In this document: positions 11,358-23,310 of the stretch, piece by piece
How positions within the stretch are numbered: position 1 is the first letter of the stretch
Layout of the letters: each line of letters opens with the position of its first letter
NCBI GenBank assembly: GCA_002269645.1
Contig: NIVC01000128.1
Location: 62,001 to 126,000 of the forward strand
DNA length: 64,000 nt
Direction: 5' to 3'
Source of the DNA: Macrostomum lignano
Lineage: Eukaryota
Made by a program: the position numbers and the translations under genes
Notes under the pieces: model-generated
Databases searched by the model: none
Seen by the model: only the letters and a program-made list of their open reading frames with translations
Told to the model about the DNA's origin: nothing

Positions 11358-14300
11358 CTGTTAGAGGCAGTACAGGCCAAAACTGCACAATAGTGAACTA
11401 AAACTTAATAATTCCGATTACTAAACTTAGTTAAGCGACGGATGCGCTGAGCGCAGCGGTCTGCCAATAGACATTGGCTCGGGGAAGAGAACTTGTCTTC
11501 TGCTGCAGTCGTCTCGGCTTCGCCCCAACTTTCTGTCTTACATATATATCTGCCCTTCCCGGCGCATTGGATTTATAGGCGCCCAACAAGAAGCAGAAAT
11601 GAGAACAACCACTGTTCCGTCATTGGCTAAGCGCTGGAAGCAGCAAGCCGACCTCGAAGTGTAACCCCCCTCTGTATGCGCATTGTACGCATATTTCGCT
11701 CTCAAGCGGAGCGATTAGGAATTAAAAGGGCGAGGGGTTGCTCTCGGACAGGAAGAACAGCTGAGGAACTGTTTTATGAGGCTTGCCCTGGATTTTCGGG
11801 TTTTTTGACTCGCACGCAAGCTAAAGCGAAACGCTACCACCGCATACTGCAGTGCCCATACATTCTCTGCAGACCCATGGGAGGCAATTGTTATGCATGC
11901 ATGTACAGCTGATCCCTGCACCTTCTCCAATAGTTGATCCCAAACCTGTCAAAGCAGCATGTCCGGGAGTCGGGCGATTTTCTCTTCAATCCCAATAAAA
12001 GTGCAACAATTCCCTCATGCGCTCCTATATGTATAGGGAAGAATAAGATTGCAGCGCATATGCATGTACAGCATTGGGATCTGCAGTTGTATGCGAGCCT
12101 CTGTGACTGCATCTGTGACTGTACTTATAATAATCAATTTTAGCAGTATATCATTCGATTTACAACTCTCTCATTTTCAATCAGTCTTTCTTTTGCGAGC
12201 AGTTTTTGCAGCTCAGGCCGCCCCAACGCGTGCACCTAACCTGTGTATAAAAGTGATGGGCCAATATCTGATACATTTACATATACGCACGTGATAACGT
12301 TAGTTCCACAGAGTATTATTGTATCCTATAGCACGTGTGTCTACTGAAATAAAGTGCATTCAAGGCGAGAAAAATGCAACATAGGCTTTGTGTACTTCAT
12401 TACTTGACAATAACGCAATTTACCGGGATATCATTTTAGAAAACGAACGAGTCTATGAGCGTAAAATAAAATAGTCTATGGTTGTAAGTGGGGGCTTCGC
12501 CTCCACACCCCCATTCCCCCTTCCCACTCGGATCCTGATGGACAAATTGACCAATGAAGTTAGCTGGAAGTGAGAAAACATGGTAATGGCCAAATTACCA
12601 TGAATTCTCACTTCCAGACAACCCCCATTGCCATTTTCAAGCAATGACCGGTCATTGCTTGAATGCCATTGTCTTAACGTAAATTACCATAGACATTTTG
12701 AACAATGTCGCTCAAAGTGCGCCAGGGTGCACAGCCCATTGCCTCTGATTATAAAAAATAATTTATTGACTTCAATTTAAGAAACTTTCCATTCTGGCCA
12801 TGTAATTTCCCGCTCGCCCGGGGCGCATAAATGGCAATGTTACGGTTCACGCTGAACCCGTTCAAGACCCTTACCATAAATTGTTGCCAGAAGTGTGCTC
12901 GTACACAAATGATCGAAGCATACGACAGTAGTCGCGAAGAAGACATCGCGAAATATGCTCAGTACTGTCACAGCTCTCCTGGTCACAGCGACAATCAAGT
13001 CGTACTTTTAGTTGCTAACCTTTCGACAGGGTTCTCGCCCCTGGCAATGTACGTAGAATAAGAAATTAACATAGAATCCTTAAGAAAGACAAAACATATC
13101 AAAATATGAACATTGGGTCTGCCTCTTACGTCGTCGCTTCGTATCAAAAGCAATAACAATTTTTGTGCCAAAAATGAAAACTTACGATCTCCGTAGACGG
13201 TCTTCGTTTTTTCCGGAAAAACCTGCTTCTTAAAATTTTCCAAGAAACGAGGTTTCCCGTCCTACTACTTGTGTAGTCCTTGAGTAAATAATTCATATTG
13301 TTTTGTCTTGTTGTTTTGTAATTCTTGTTTATATGTTTGTTTTTTGTTTTTGTTGTTGTTTTATTTCTTGCAAGTACAATATACGCTGATCTTAAGCAGC
13401 TTAGGCATTTGTTGCTCTCGCGCCCAGTTATTGTTGACATGCAGTGACGCACAATGTCCTGTGTGACGGCTGGAATAATCCGAAATCTGCCGAATCAAAA
13501 GCTCTTGCACAGAGCCCTATCTGTAATACGTGTGTCCGCAGGTGCTGCTCTATATTCTTTCTATCCTGTTACTCTCCCTTTATTAAATGCTAGACTATTA
13601 TAGTACTTGTTACATGACCGACGAGCTGCACCTGCTGGCACTGACAACAGATACTAGAATAACAAGACGGGCCACTCAGCACATTTGCGTGTAAACTACT
13701 TCCAGTTCAGTAGTAAGTTAAACAGAAGCATTTTGATTTATTTTCAAAGCCAAGGCTCTTAACTATATTGGCTCTTAACCCCCAGCTTGAACCCTCCAAC
13801 CGCGCCTTTCCACACTACCCCCCTCCCCCGCCCCGCCCCAATTTTTATTGCCTTTCTCGGAATTCCAGCCTAAAGCTGCCATCTACTTTTCAGTGGACTG
13901 GCTAATGTACATTATTGCCAATTATTGCCATTGGCAATTTACATTTGCCAGAAGAAATGGGCGGCAAAAATTTGACAGTAGAAATGACTGATTTTGCTTA
14001 GTGCAGCCTGCGGCTAGGTGCCTGGGCTTCTGTTGCCACCGGCTCCTTCAGTAGTTCCTTATCATTAGCCTCCCGATCTGGGCCGCATGAGTTACACTGA
14101 CTTGCGTTTTTATCAGGGCTCTCGGTATTCTTATCGTTATCGATTGTGACTTTGTTTCGTGTGACATTGCACAGTGTGACTCCAAAGCCTGCAGGTCTGA
14201 CTCGCGATACCTTGACTGTCCTTGGTGTTCGTCCTGATGTCGCTGGAGTCACCACGTTGCCTTGCTAGGAGGTGATTGCGCCAAGTGCGAAATGTACTAT

Positions 14301-14651
14301 ATTAGCATACAGTTGGCACAATGTACGCAGTTTCCGACGGAGCTAAGAGATAATCAGGGGCCGTCCATTAGTCACGGGGGGTCGCATCGGTAATTGACTT
14401 TTAAAAGGCTTAGACTTTTATGGCACTTCATCGTTTTTATCTAAAGCTCAATTTTGATTGGTCGCAAGGTACAGAGATAACATTGATTGCAGCAGTTTCA
14501 TGAACTGCAGACGTAAACGAAAGGCATGCAAGCAAGCGAAAGACTACAAGAAACAGGTTCGTGCATACGAGCTATGAGCTACAGTGAACACTTGCATACC
14601 GAAGCCATGTTACCGTAAACATTTTTCTGCAAAGTGGAGCTCATCATCAAA

Positions 14652-15939
14652 ATGCCTCGGTTGCTGAATAGACGCACTGCAGCTCAGTGGATTTTAGGGT
14701 ATTTCCTGTTAGCAACGTTCTGTACAATATCTGCGAAGCTATATTTTGATTACTTGAGCGCACAGGCGAAAAAGTCACGGGAATCGGTTAGCGATAATGA
14801 ATGTCCCACAATGCACCAAGGCTTCAGCAGGAAAAACACGGAGAACACCACTCAGCCAGCTGAGCTGCCGCAGCTGCCTTCCTCTGAGTTCTACATTCGA
14901 ATGCTGGGCGCTAGGTCGCCGCCTCGAGGAGACCTGTTCGATCCGCAGATCAATGCGACTGAACTGCGAGCAACTGTCAAGCTGCTGTGGGCGTTTTTGG
15001 ACCTGTGCAAACAGCACAACATCCAGGTGATGCTGTATGGAGGTACACTTCTAGGCTCGTACCGGCATCACGGCGTCATTCCATGGGATGACGATGTAGA
15101 CATGCTGATGAGGGAGGCCGACAAGCGCAGACTTATTGAAGCACTGAAAGGGTGAGTCTGCATCGACATTGCGAGCAACTATTAGCGTTCCCGCCACATT
15201 AGACTGTTGGTAGTCAAGTCGTCTCACCTTTTCGCCACAAGTCGAGGCAAATAGCCATGACTCTGGCTCCAGTTTTTCCTTAAGACGTCTCAAAAATGAA
15301 TTTCTCTCTGAGGCGTCCCAAAAATGAATTTGTGCAAAACTTAATTAATTACTCGTATTTTTCATGTGCTTTATTTTTACTTACAAAAGACAAAAAATCA
15401 ACATCAACAGGCACCCGGACCTTCGCCTAAGGCAAGCTGGTCGATGGAAAGTGTCCAGCAAGTCACATTGTCTTAACGTGGCCAGGCACGGCTGCTGGCC
15501 CTTCATTGACCTGTCATTCTACGAGCTGAAGGACGGCTGGGTTGTTGACTTGCTCGGCTCTTTTGGGAAGAAGTACCGCTACCCAGAGACTGTGACCTTC
15601 CCGCTGCATAAGAGGCCGTTCATGGGCCGCTGGATCGACTCGCCCAGAGATGCGCTCAAATTTCTATCCTACTCGATTAAGCTTTCGAGCGCATGCATCA
15701 GCCTGCACTATTCCCACAAGTTTGAGCGCTATCCAAAGGTTGAGTCGGTGTCAATCGACTGCAAGGAACTCGCTCTGACCTACCCGTTTGTGTGTCGCGT
15801 CCCGGACTCTGCTACCTCTCATGGTGGCGTCTTGGAGACGCTGACATTTTCTGACGGCGGACCGGTGTACACTGTGCCAGTTAATGAGCCAAAGGGTGTG
15901 ATTAATGCTATTTACAGCACTCTGTCGGTGAAGAATTGA
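14652..15939 (+). CDS. LicD/fukutin-family nucleotidyltransferase-fold protein, type II membrane. Exons 14652-15151, 15411-15939
   Basis: Motif [23 protein letters not shown]-terminal signal anchor ([16 protein letters not shown]) and FIDLSFY. The phase-2 intron GG|gtgagt...caacag|G joins the two ORFs. Confidence 0.88.
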
Positions 15940-16160
15940 GGCGAGAAGATAGAGATCGATACTATGAACTAGTTGCCGATTAAGTAACTTTAGTATGAAA
16001 AAGCAACATAAAATACAATAGGTCTGAGATAAAAATTTCAGTTTTACCTTAAAAATTTGTTTGTACCAATTGTATCATTTTTGAGTGGCATTTTGGTTTT
16101 TTAATGTACAGTCAATCCAATCTAATTTACTAACATACACGGAAAACTTAATCACTTGTA

Positions 16161-17280
16161 TGTGAAATTGCTAACATATTCAATATATAATAACCTACTG
16201 AAACGAGGAGAATGTCTATGTGAGGAGTTGATTCGGGAGGTGATCAGTCTCCCGAAAACTCCCACTTCCAGACACTTAAGCCTGGGAACAAAATTAACGT
16301 GTTCACTTACTGTGGCGGGCTTTTTTCTGTGTCCGGCAGGTTCTTCGAGCTCGTTCCTTGTTTCTTCTCTGTTGCGCGCGTTTGTAGAGTTCGCTTCTTC
16401 CAATCTTCTCCTCCGGAGGAATCTTCTTGAAGTCTTCGAAGTCCAAAATCGGCCGAGAGTGAGAGCAGAACAGTGAAGTCGACGTCGAAATATCTCCTTG
16501 AGTGCGGGATTCAGTACGCTTCTCGAGTGCCAAATCAGTATCAACAGTGCGCCCTAATAAACTCAAATTCTAACGCGAGGTCCTCCAAAGGGGGCGTCTT
16601 CTTCTAGATCTAACGGAATCGGAGTCGTGTGCTCCTATCGGTTAACCTAGGATAATCCAAATCAACAGTCAGTAATCCTCTAAGGGTATCGGAATCGGTC
16701 CGCAGATCCTATCCAATCCCTTAGGAAAATGGGAGGCCTCAAATAGTCTCAGTAAAGTCAGTGGATCAGCAACGGCCGGCCGGCAATAAAATCGCTCTCA
16801 ATTAATCAAAATAACGAAGACTTGAACAACACTTCACAATTGATACGCTTCTCTCCCAGAGATATAGCCTCGATTAGTTGCTCTAACTAACCACAAGATC
16901 TTTTGAGGCTGCTCCGAGTCTGAGGTTTCAGCTCGGATTTTACGCTTATATTTATAGTCGAATTTTTGGTATATATTTAGTAGCGCGACTCATATTTCAT
17001 CATATTTCATCAGATTTTATCTTATTTCATCATATTTCACCATAGTTGCGACATATTTCACCATCGTTGCAACTTGTCTCATGCTTCGTTGTACGTTGTA
17101 TTCACGGTCTTAAAATAGAGTATGACAGTTTGCAATTTTTATAACATTCAAGTTTTTCGCATTTTTATGTTACTACTTACAGTAGTTTACTTTGTATCGT
17201 ATTTGGAGATCTCTACATATGCAGAGTCTCCGAGCTGGCGAACCCGAGCCATACATTCTCCTCGTTTCAGTTGGTTATTG
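16161..17280. mobile_element. Unclassified repeat element with 26-bp inverted repeats; possibly LTR-like
   Basis: ataacctactgaaacgaggagaatgt (16190-16215) pairs with 17253-17278 with 1 mismatch. Antisense TATA-like tttatatttatag at ~16945. No TSD found. Confidence 0.4.
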
Positions 17281-18183
17281 AAATGTATCCCACGAATGCA
17301 AGGAGCGGAGAATATTGACTAGATTCGCGGAGATTATGAGTATTCTCCGCTCCCTGTATTCGCGGGACACGTTTTGTCTATGGTAGAAGAAAGTGTTCAA
17401 TCAACCTCACTCTGGCTCAAGGCGTTAATTTTATTGTCTATGGCAGCAGAGGTAGTGAGAATCTCCGCTAGCAAAGCACTAGCGACATAGACAAGGCGTA
17501 CAGGCAAAGTGGGATGCATATGCAAAAAATGAATTGTTTCTAGTTAGGCACGAGGCAGTATATTGATTTTAAAAAATAATATCTATAGCCAAAAAGAAGA
17601 CTCCCGTCGCTCTGTGAACAAATCAGTGACCAAAGGTTTCAGCTTTATTTATATTGATAACAACGATGCAGATACCATAAAAATATACTACAAGTACGTT
17701 TGATCTCATATTACCATAAGCTAATCGCGAACCAGTCTAACCGCGCGCTATTATTAGGACCCTTCAAAACTTGTTATTAAAATGAAAATGAAACGGGTCA
17801 GAAGAAGCCAGCGTTTGTATCTCTGTTGCAGCAGCAGTCTGAGCTGCTCTCGAAAAGCGGAATGGCTTGTACCAAATCGTAACCTTTAATTCCCGCGTGG
17901 ACACTCCAGACGCACTCATTTCGGTTGTTATGACGACTCTTAACAGTAGAAAGACCACGGTGATAAATAGGCAATTAGATAATAGCATGCACGGTAAGCA
18001 ATTTTTTTTAGGCCCTAGACAAACCTACTTGGAGCGTTCGAAGATTTTAAAGCTATTAATCCTAATCGCCTATCGCCGGTCGGCGAGTCCTACCAGTCTT
18101 TCTCCAATAGCCGCAGGTACGGTACAAGAAAATAAAGAACACGAGGGAACACAAACCGAAAGATTTAGAGAGTGATAATCCTA

Positions 18184-18986
18184 TGTGATACAACTGATAA
18201 TTGGCTAGACGGTTTAATTCGGTTATACGAGTTACAGGATTCAAGCAATTTCGCGACGCAGATAATTAGACTGATGATAACGAATAGTAACGATTAATAA
18301 TAATGATTATATTACGCATACGCACTGACAAGCGGATCTCAGCTTGAAGAAGAAGGAGAAGAACCGAACACGACCACGGAGAAGACTCCTAACCCCTGGC
18401 CTAAGCCAGAACCTACTCTCAAACGAGAGCCCTGCCGAACCGACCGTTCAACGGAGTACCGACTAAATTCTATCGGCACTGCCCTTCAGTGTAACACTGA
18501 GGCCCTCGGGGTCGAGGCCGCGTACTTGATCAGATCCGACAGTCTCTATCTAACCGCGCTTGATAGCGACGACTTCAGACAGAAATTTGCCGTAGACGTT
18601 ACGCCACAAGACTACTGCGGTTGGGCGGGGACAAAAAAATGTGGACCGGGGTGATGAATTCAGGCGCCTCAAAGCGCGAACCAACAAGAGAGGAGAAATC
18701 GGGCCACCGGCCGGGAACTGGACAAGACAAAACCGGGGAAAGGGAGCAAGCGAGATCCGATTGCCAAAACACACTTTCATTTATAGTCAGAGTCACAACC
18801 CCTCAAAACCCCCCTCAAGCCGGGTGGTGGTCGTCTGGCCGGCCGCTTGCTTAAGCCGAATTGCACTGTGCCCGCGGCGCCGGGTAAAATTGAAACTTGC
18901 CGCGTGCCAGGGTCCAGGCCGGTTCTGATTGGCTGGCCGCGCAAAGCTGGGGTTCGCAGACAAACTCAACCCTCCGCTGAGTCACA
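18184..18986 (-). mobile_element. Candidate solo LTR
   Basis: TGTGA...TCACA termini, ~800 bp, antisense TATA-like catttatag at ~18780. No matching TSD, so tentative. Confidence 0.4.
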
Positions 18987-19149
18987 AACGGCGTCTAACT
19001 CTAACCTGTTTACCATTTTAGATTTCAACCAACTAGAAAAAGTACACAAAAAACGCATGACTAAACTAAAGCAAAATAACAATTCAATAACAATATAGAA
19101 ACTAATGCAGTCAATTTACAACAAAATACACGCAAAGATGCTCACACTA

Positions 19150-20430
19150 CACCACGCTATTTTTCCCCATGGGGAAAGACCACGAGAATGTATTACAAAT
19201 ACACACGACCCATTTCACGATAGCTCGCAAACCGAATAACCGATTTTCGTAAAAGTCCACCATATGGATCAAAATTTTCCGCCCTTTCCGACGAACCAAC
19301 TTTCAAAGTCATCCGACGTCAGCATCGTCGAGATATTCAACGATTATTGTCGAAGACACTGGTGGCAAGGACAACCAACACTACACTGTATAAACCTTAA
19401 TGGTAAATCCATATTGGCTCAATAATCTGGGTCCACCTGTCGTAGAGGCCTTTGTTCTCAGCATCCCAGGCACCAGGGTCCCCTTCATCTCCGTCTGGAG
19501 CAACGGCAGCGACCGTCGGGATCTTCAACAAAAGAACCCGATCGGTATCTCAGAGACGGCTGCGTTCCCAAAACTGAAATGGAAGAATCCTCTTCTGCAT
19601 GCAACATACTGTAATATCATTTTTGACATACTGTAATATCATTTTTAACAAATTAAATATTTTATTTTTCAGTCGCCAGTTAAATCTGTAACTCTCCAAT
19701 TTAACATGGTACAAATGCATTGTATAATATGCAGACATGCCTGGTTTGGAGCCTTGATAGAAAAATCACGATGTTGGGGATCGTCAGGGCCGCAAGGTGG
19801 CACTCCGTTGAAGGTTCCGAAGGTCGCCTGTATGTCTACAGGTCAGCCTAGAGGGTCGCCATCGTCTATTTCATTCACCGATTGTGTCTACTGACTGAAT
19901 GCTGCATGCAGAAGAGGATTCTTCCATTTCAGTTTTGGGAACGCAGCCGTCTCTGAGATGCCGATCGGGTGCTTTTGTTGAAGGTCCCGACGGTCGCTGC
20001 CGTTGCTCCAGACGGTGATGAGGGGTACCCTGGTGCCTGGGACGCTGAGAACAAAGGCCTCACGACCGATATGCATAGTTTGTTGAGCCGACGTGGTTTC
20101 ATGATGAGATTTTGTGAGCAGAAAAATTTTGCCAATGTTGGTGGTTTTTGCTACGTGACACCCCGAGGAGAATCGTTGAATATCTCGATGATGCCGATTT
20201 TTCGTGATTCTCGAAGTTGCTTCATCGAATAGAGCGGAAAATTTTATCCCGTGTTCTGGATTTTCATGGTAATTGGTTGAATATTTTTGGAGATACAGAC
20301 AAAGGAAAATGTGTGTATTTGAAATACACCCCCATGGTCTTTCTACTGTTAAAATTCTACGGGCTCGTACAAAATCTGTCTCAAACTGGCCGCTTGGGAG
20401 ATAACAGGCCTCGAGTTTCCAAAAGTGTTG
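19150..20430. other. Inverted pair of diverged copies of an unidentified coding-like segment
   Basis: 19445-19605 and 19905-20065 are near-perfect reverse complements, with weaker similarity out to ~19150/~20335. The right copy (minus strand) has a stop-free frame of about 180 codons. Confidence 0.7.
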
Positions 20431-21299
20431 CCGTCTTATACCTGCTTAGCAAAGCCACGTGATTCTGCGAAACCGCGCAAACGAGCACGTCGGAACAACA
20501 CCACGCTGTCCAACTTGAATCGCTGGCACACGTGCGCATCCTATTGTATTTTCTAAGTCTAGGGGGTCTCCTGCATTGCGCTGAAATTCTTTAATTTAAC
20601 CGTCTGATTTGATGAACACAGCGGCTGTGGCTTTCAATTGCAGATTGTCCTTTGCAAAGTTATAATCCTGGATGATATTCACTACGCACGGGTGCTGCAT
20701 CATTGACGCACTGTATTCCTAGATTTTCCGCCTGAGTTAACAACCGAGGCAAAAATTAATGACGACATTTTTTAAAAGCAAAAACCCGAAACAATTGTAC
20801 AATGATGCGCGTTTGAAAAATGCACTGGAGTAACGGTTAAGCGTGGGGAATGCATGCAAGCAAAGCTAAACCATTTTTCCTTTTCTGCGTAAAAACCTTT
20901 ACAAAAAGAGTACTTGATACTGAAAAGTAGTAGTCTATCAACCATAAGGCCATCTGCCATGCCAGTTTCAGGCCCTCAAAATTACACAGTCGTCGCGCAC
21001 TGCTTGTAACTTTAAAAGTCTCACATTTGACGATGCCTGTCTTGCGCTAATTGGAATGGAACACCGTAATGCATTTCGTTCGCCGAAAATTCACGAGCTG
21101 CCAAGGCGCTGCTGCTTTGGCAACGCTGATTGTCGAAGGCGGTACTGAAGCACCTGACTCCACGGACCGGTCATCGGACAGGTCAAGCGGCTTCGGCAGC
21201 TCCCAGGATAAGCCGGAGTCGCCATCGCTCTTTCGTTCGCCCTGCTGGCCCTCGCTGTCACGGCAGGCAATGCCGCTAAGCCTCGGCTACGAACACTAT

Positions 21300-22010
21300 G
21301 GCCGAGTGAAGCAAAGCGAGGCAGCGCCCGCGGGCTGAATGGATCAGGCGGCATTCCATAATAATCTAAACCGAGTGTTCGTCCGGGTACCCAGCTCAGA
21401 CAGACGGGTAATCCTCCAGAGACCGGCCAAGCTGCGGTCGAGTCGATGCGTCGTCCACCAGGATGACCTCGTGCAGCAGGCTCGAAGGGCGACCTCTCCA
21501 GCATGGAGTGCAGCGTCCTGACCAGGCCTCGTGTGCGCAGACGATGACGCTGGTATTGGGCAGGCCGGCCTCTGTCCAGTTATTCTTGCGGCAGGCCAGC
21601 GGCCGAACGTCTTGCAGGCGACGTCTCGGTCCGATTCGATCGCTGGCGATTGAACTCGTTGAAGCCGCTGTCGCGCCAGTCAGCCTTGAATCGGTCGCGC
21701 TCGTCGGCGTTCAGCTGGCTCGGGTCGACCCCACACCGGGGCGTTAAAGTCGCCGGGACCGTCGACTGCTGATGTCGGCGCACTGGTTTATGGCGTCGTC
21801 AAGCTTGTCTTTATCGCGGAGTTTGTCGTCCAGCTTGTTGCTCCTTCCATCATGAGGATGTTGCGCAGCCGATCCTGATGGTCGCGCAGTCGCTGCAGCC
21901 GCTTCCCCCGGTCGCTGTTCCAGAACTCAGTGCTCAGGTGAGGTGAGCAGAAGCAGAAGACGAAGCAGCGGGTACCGTCGCCAGAACAGCCGAACCTTGG
22001 ATCGCTTTCC
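21300..22010 (-). pseudogene. Polypeptide N-acetylgalactosaminyltransferase (GALNT)-like pseudogene fragment
   Basis: Across frameshifts it reads DGPGDFNAPV, FNEF/ASDRIGPRRRLQDVRPLAC, LPNTSVIV, HEAWS/RTLHSMLERSP, LLHEVILVDDAS, LEDY and RFRLLWN, the typical ppGalNAc-T stem and GT-A start. Multiple indels; truncated before the DxH motif. Confidence 0.85.
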
Positions 22011-23310
22011 AATGTGGTATAGCCTTCTGTGGCGGAAAGCGGACGGGAGTAGTCCTGACAAGATGGACCCGAGGGAAAAGAGTCCGGAGATCCGGAAAAG
22101 CGGTCAGGCCGCCCCCGACCAACCGACCCTTTTTGTCAACGACGGCAGAAAGTAGCCGACTCTGACGTCGCTAAAACTCAGGCTAAACAACCCGGGGAGG
22201 GAAGGAAGTCGAGAGAGAAAGGATGCATAGGACCATAGCAACACCAGTCACCTTCACGTGCGATAGGTGTACTAAGACATTCGGACAAGAGGTGACCTGG
22301 CTCAATCATGGAAAAAAAGTATGCCGTGGAGAAAAGAAGGCATGAAAATCTGCTTTCAAATGCCTCTCTGGCTCAAGACTGGGCCGGGGCTCAGTTCCAC
22401 TCGCTGTAGTTGTGCGCAGTTTGAAGAGGAAGCTCCAGTTACGAGTATTACAAAGTCTTCGTGGCCTATGCTCAGCGCTAAGTTGGCTAATCCCTATCCG
22501 ATTGGCCACACAACAAAAATCACTGCTTCAACCGGCTTTCCTACCAGAGTTCGGAAAGCATTGGAAACGGACTGTGAGCCATTGGCTTTCGACCATTGCT
22601 TGGCGAAGGAGAAAAGAGCTCAGCGACTATCTCTCCAAGCCCCGTTGCTACCCTCCATCCAGAGCGGCTGTCCAGCCGAAAAATAGAGCAGAAATGCGTT
22701 TCCCAGCTGGGCTAGTGTGTGTCCCATGGATGAATAACATAAATAGATCGCCAGAAGTTCGATTATTTCGGTTTCATTTTTAGATAAGCACCAGCCTGAA
22801 CCGCTGTGTTGCTTGAAGCTCAAAACTTCTACTTCGGCACTAGAACCAGTTGTGTGTGTGTTTCAGAAAAAGGCCGTAAACAGGTAGCATTGTAAACAAT
22901 TCAAAAGTAGTACTATACTCGTATGTTTTAAACAACAGGCAGATCAAGGACAACTGAAGTTACGTTATAGTTGTCCTTGAGGCAGATGTTAGATTTCTAG
23001 GTTAAGATTAGGTATCTGGACATGGGCGGCGGGAGTTTGCGGCACCGGGGCACGTGCCTCCCCCCCCCCCCGAAAATGAGTCCATGCTGCGGCACGCAAT
23101 GTACGAGTATTGAGCCCCCTGAATTTTTGATCGCTTAGTAATATCTAATATCGGTAATCGGTTCGCTCGTACACGGGCTGTCTTCTGTTCTTGAGCCTAG
23201 ACTTAAGGATTCGTCAGTAGTCGAAAGCCAACTGAGTTCAAACAACAAATCACGCTGTGTCGTAGACATCTCAAATGAAAAACAGCAGCGTCACAGAGCG
23301 CGCCTCAACA

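Noticed and set aside
19900-20300. Apparently conserved TGA codons suggesting an alternative genetic code (TGA=Trp) insert
   Set aside because: The TGAs fall in antisense shadow frames of the stop-free frame; no alternative code is needed.
21340-21420. GLDYYGMPP as an adenovirus/Polinton protease motif
   Set aside because: It is an out-of-frame reading of the GALNT pseudogene, and no other Polinton genes are nearby.
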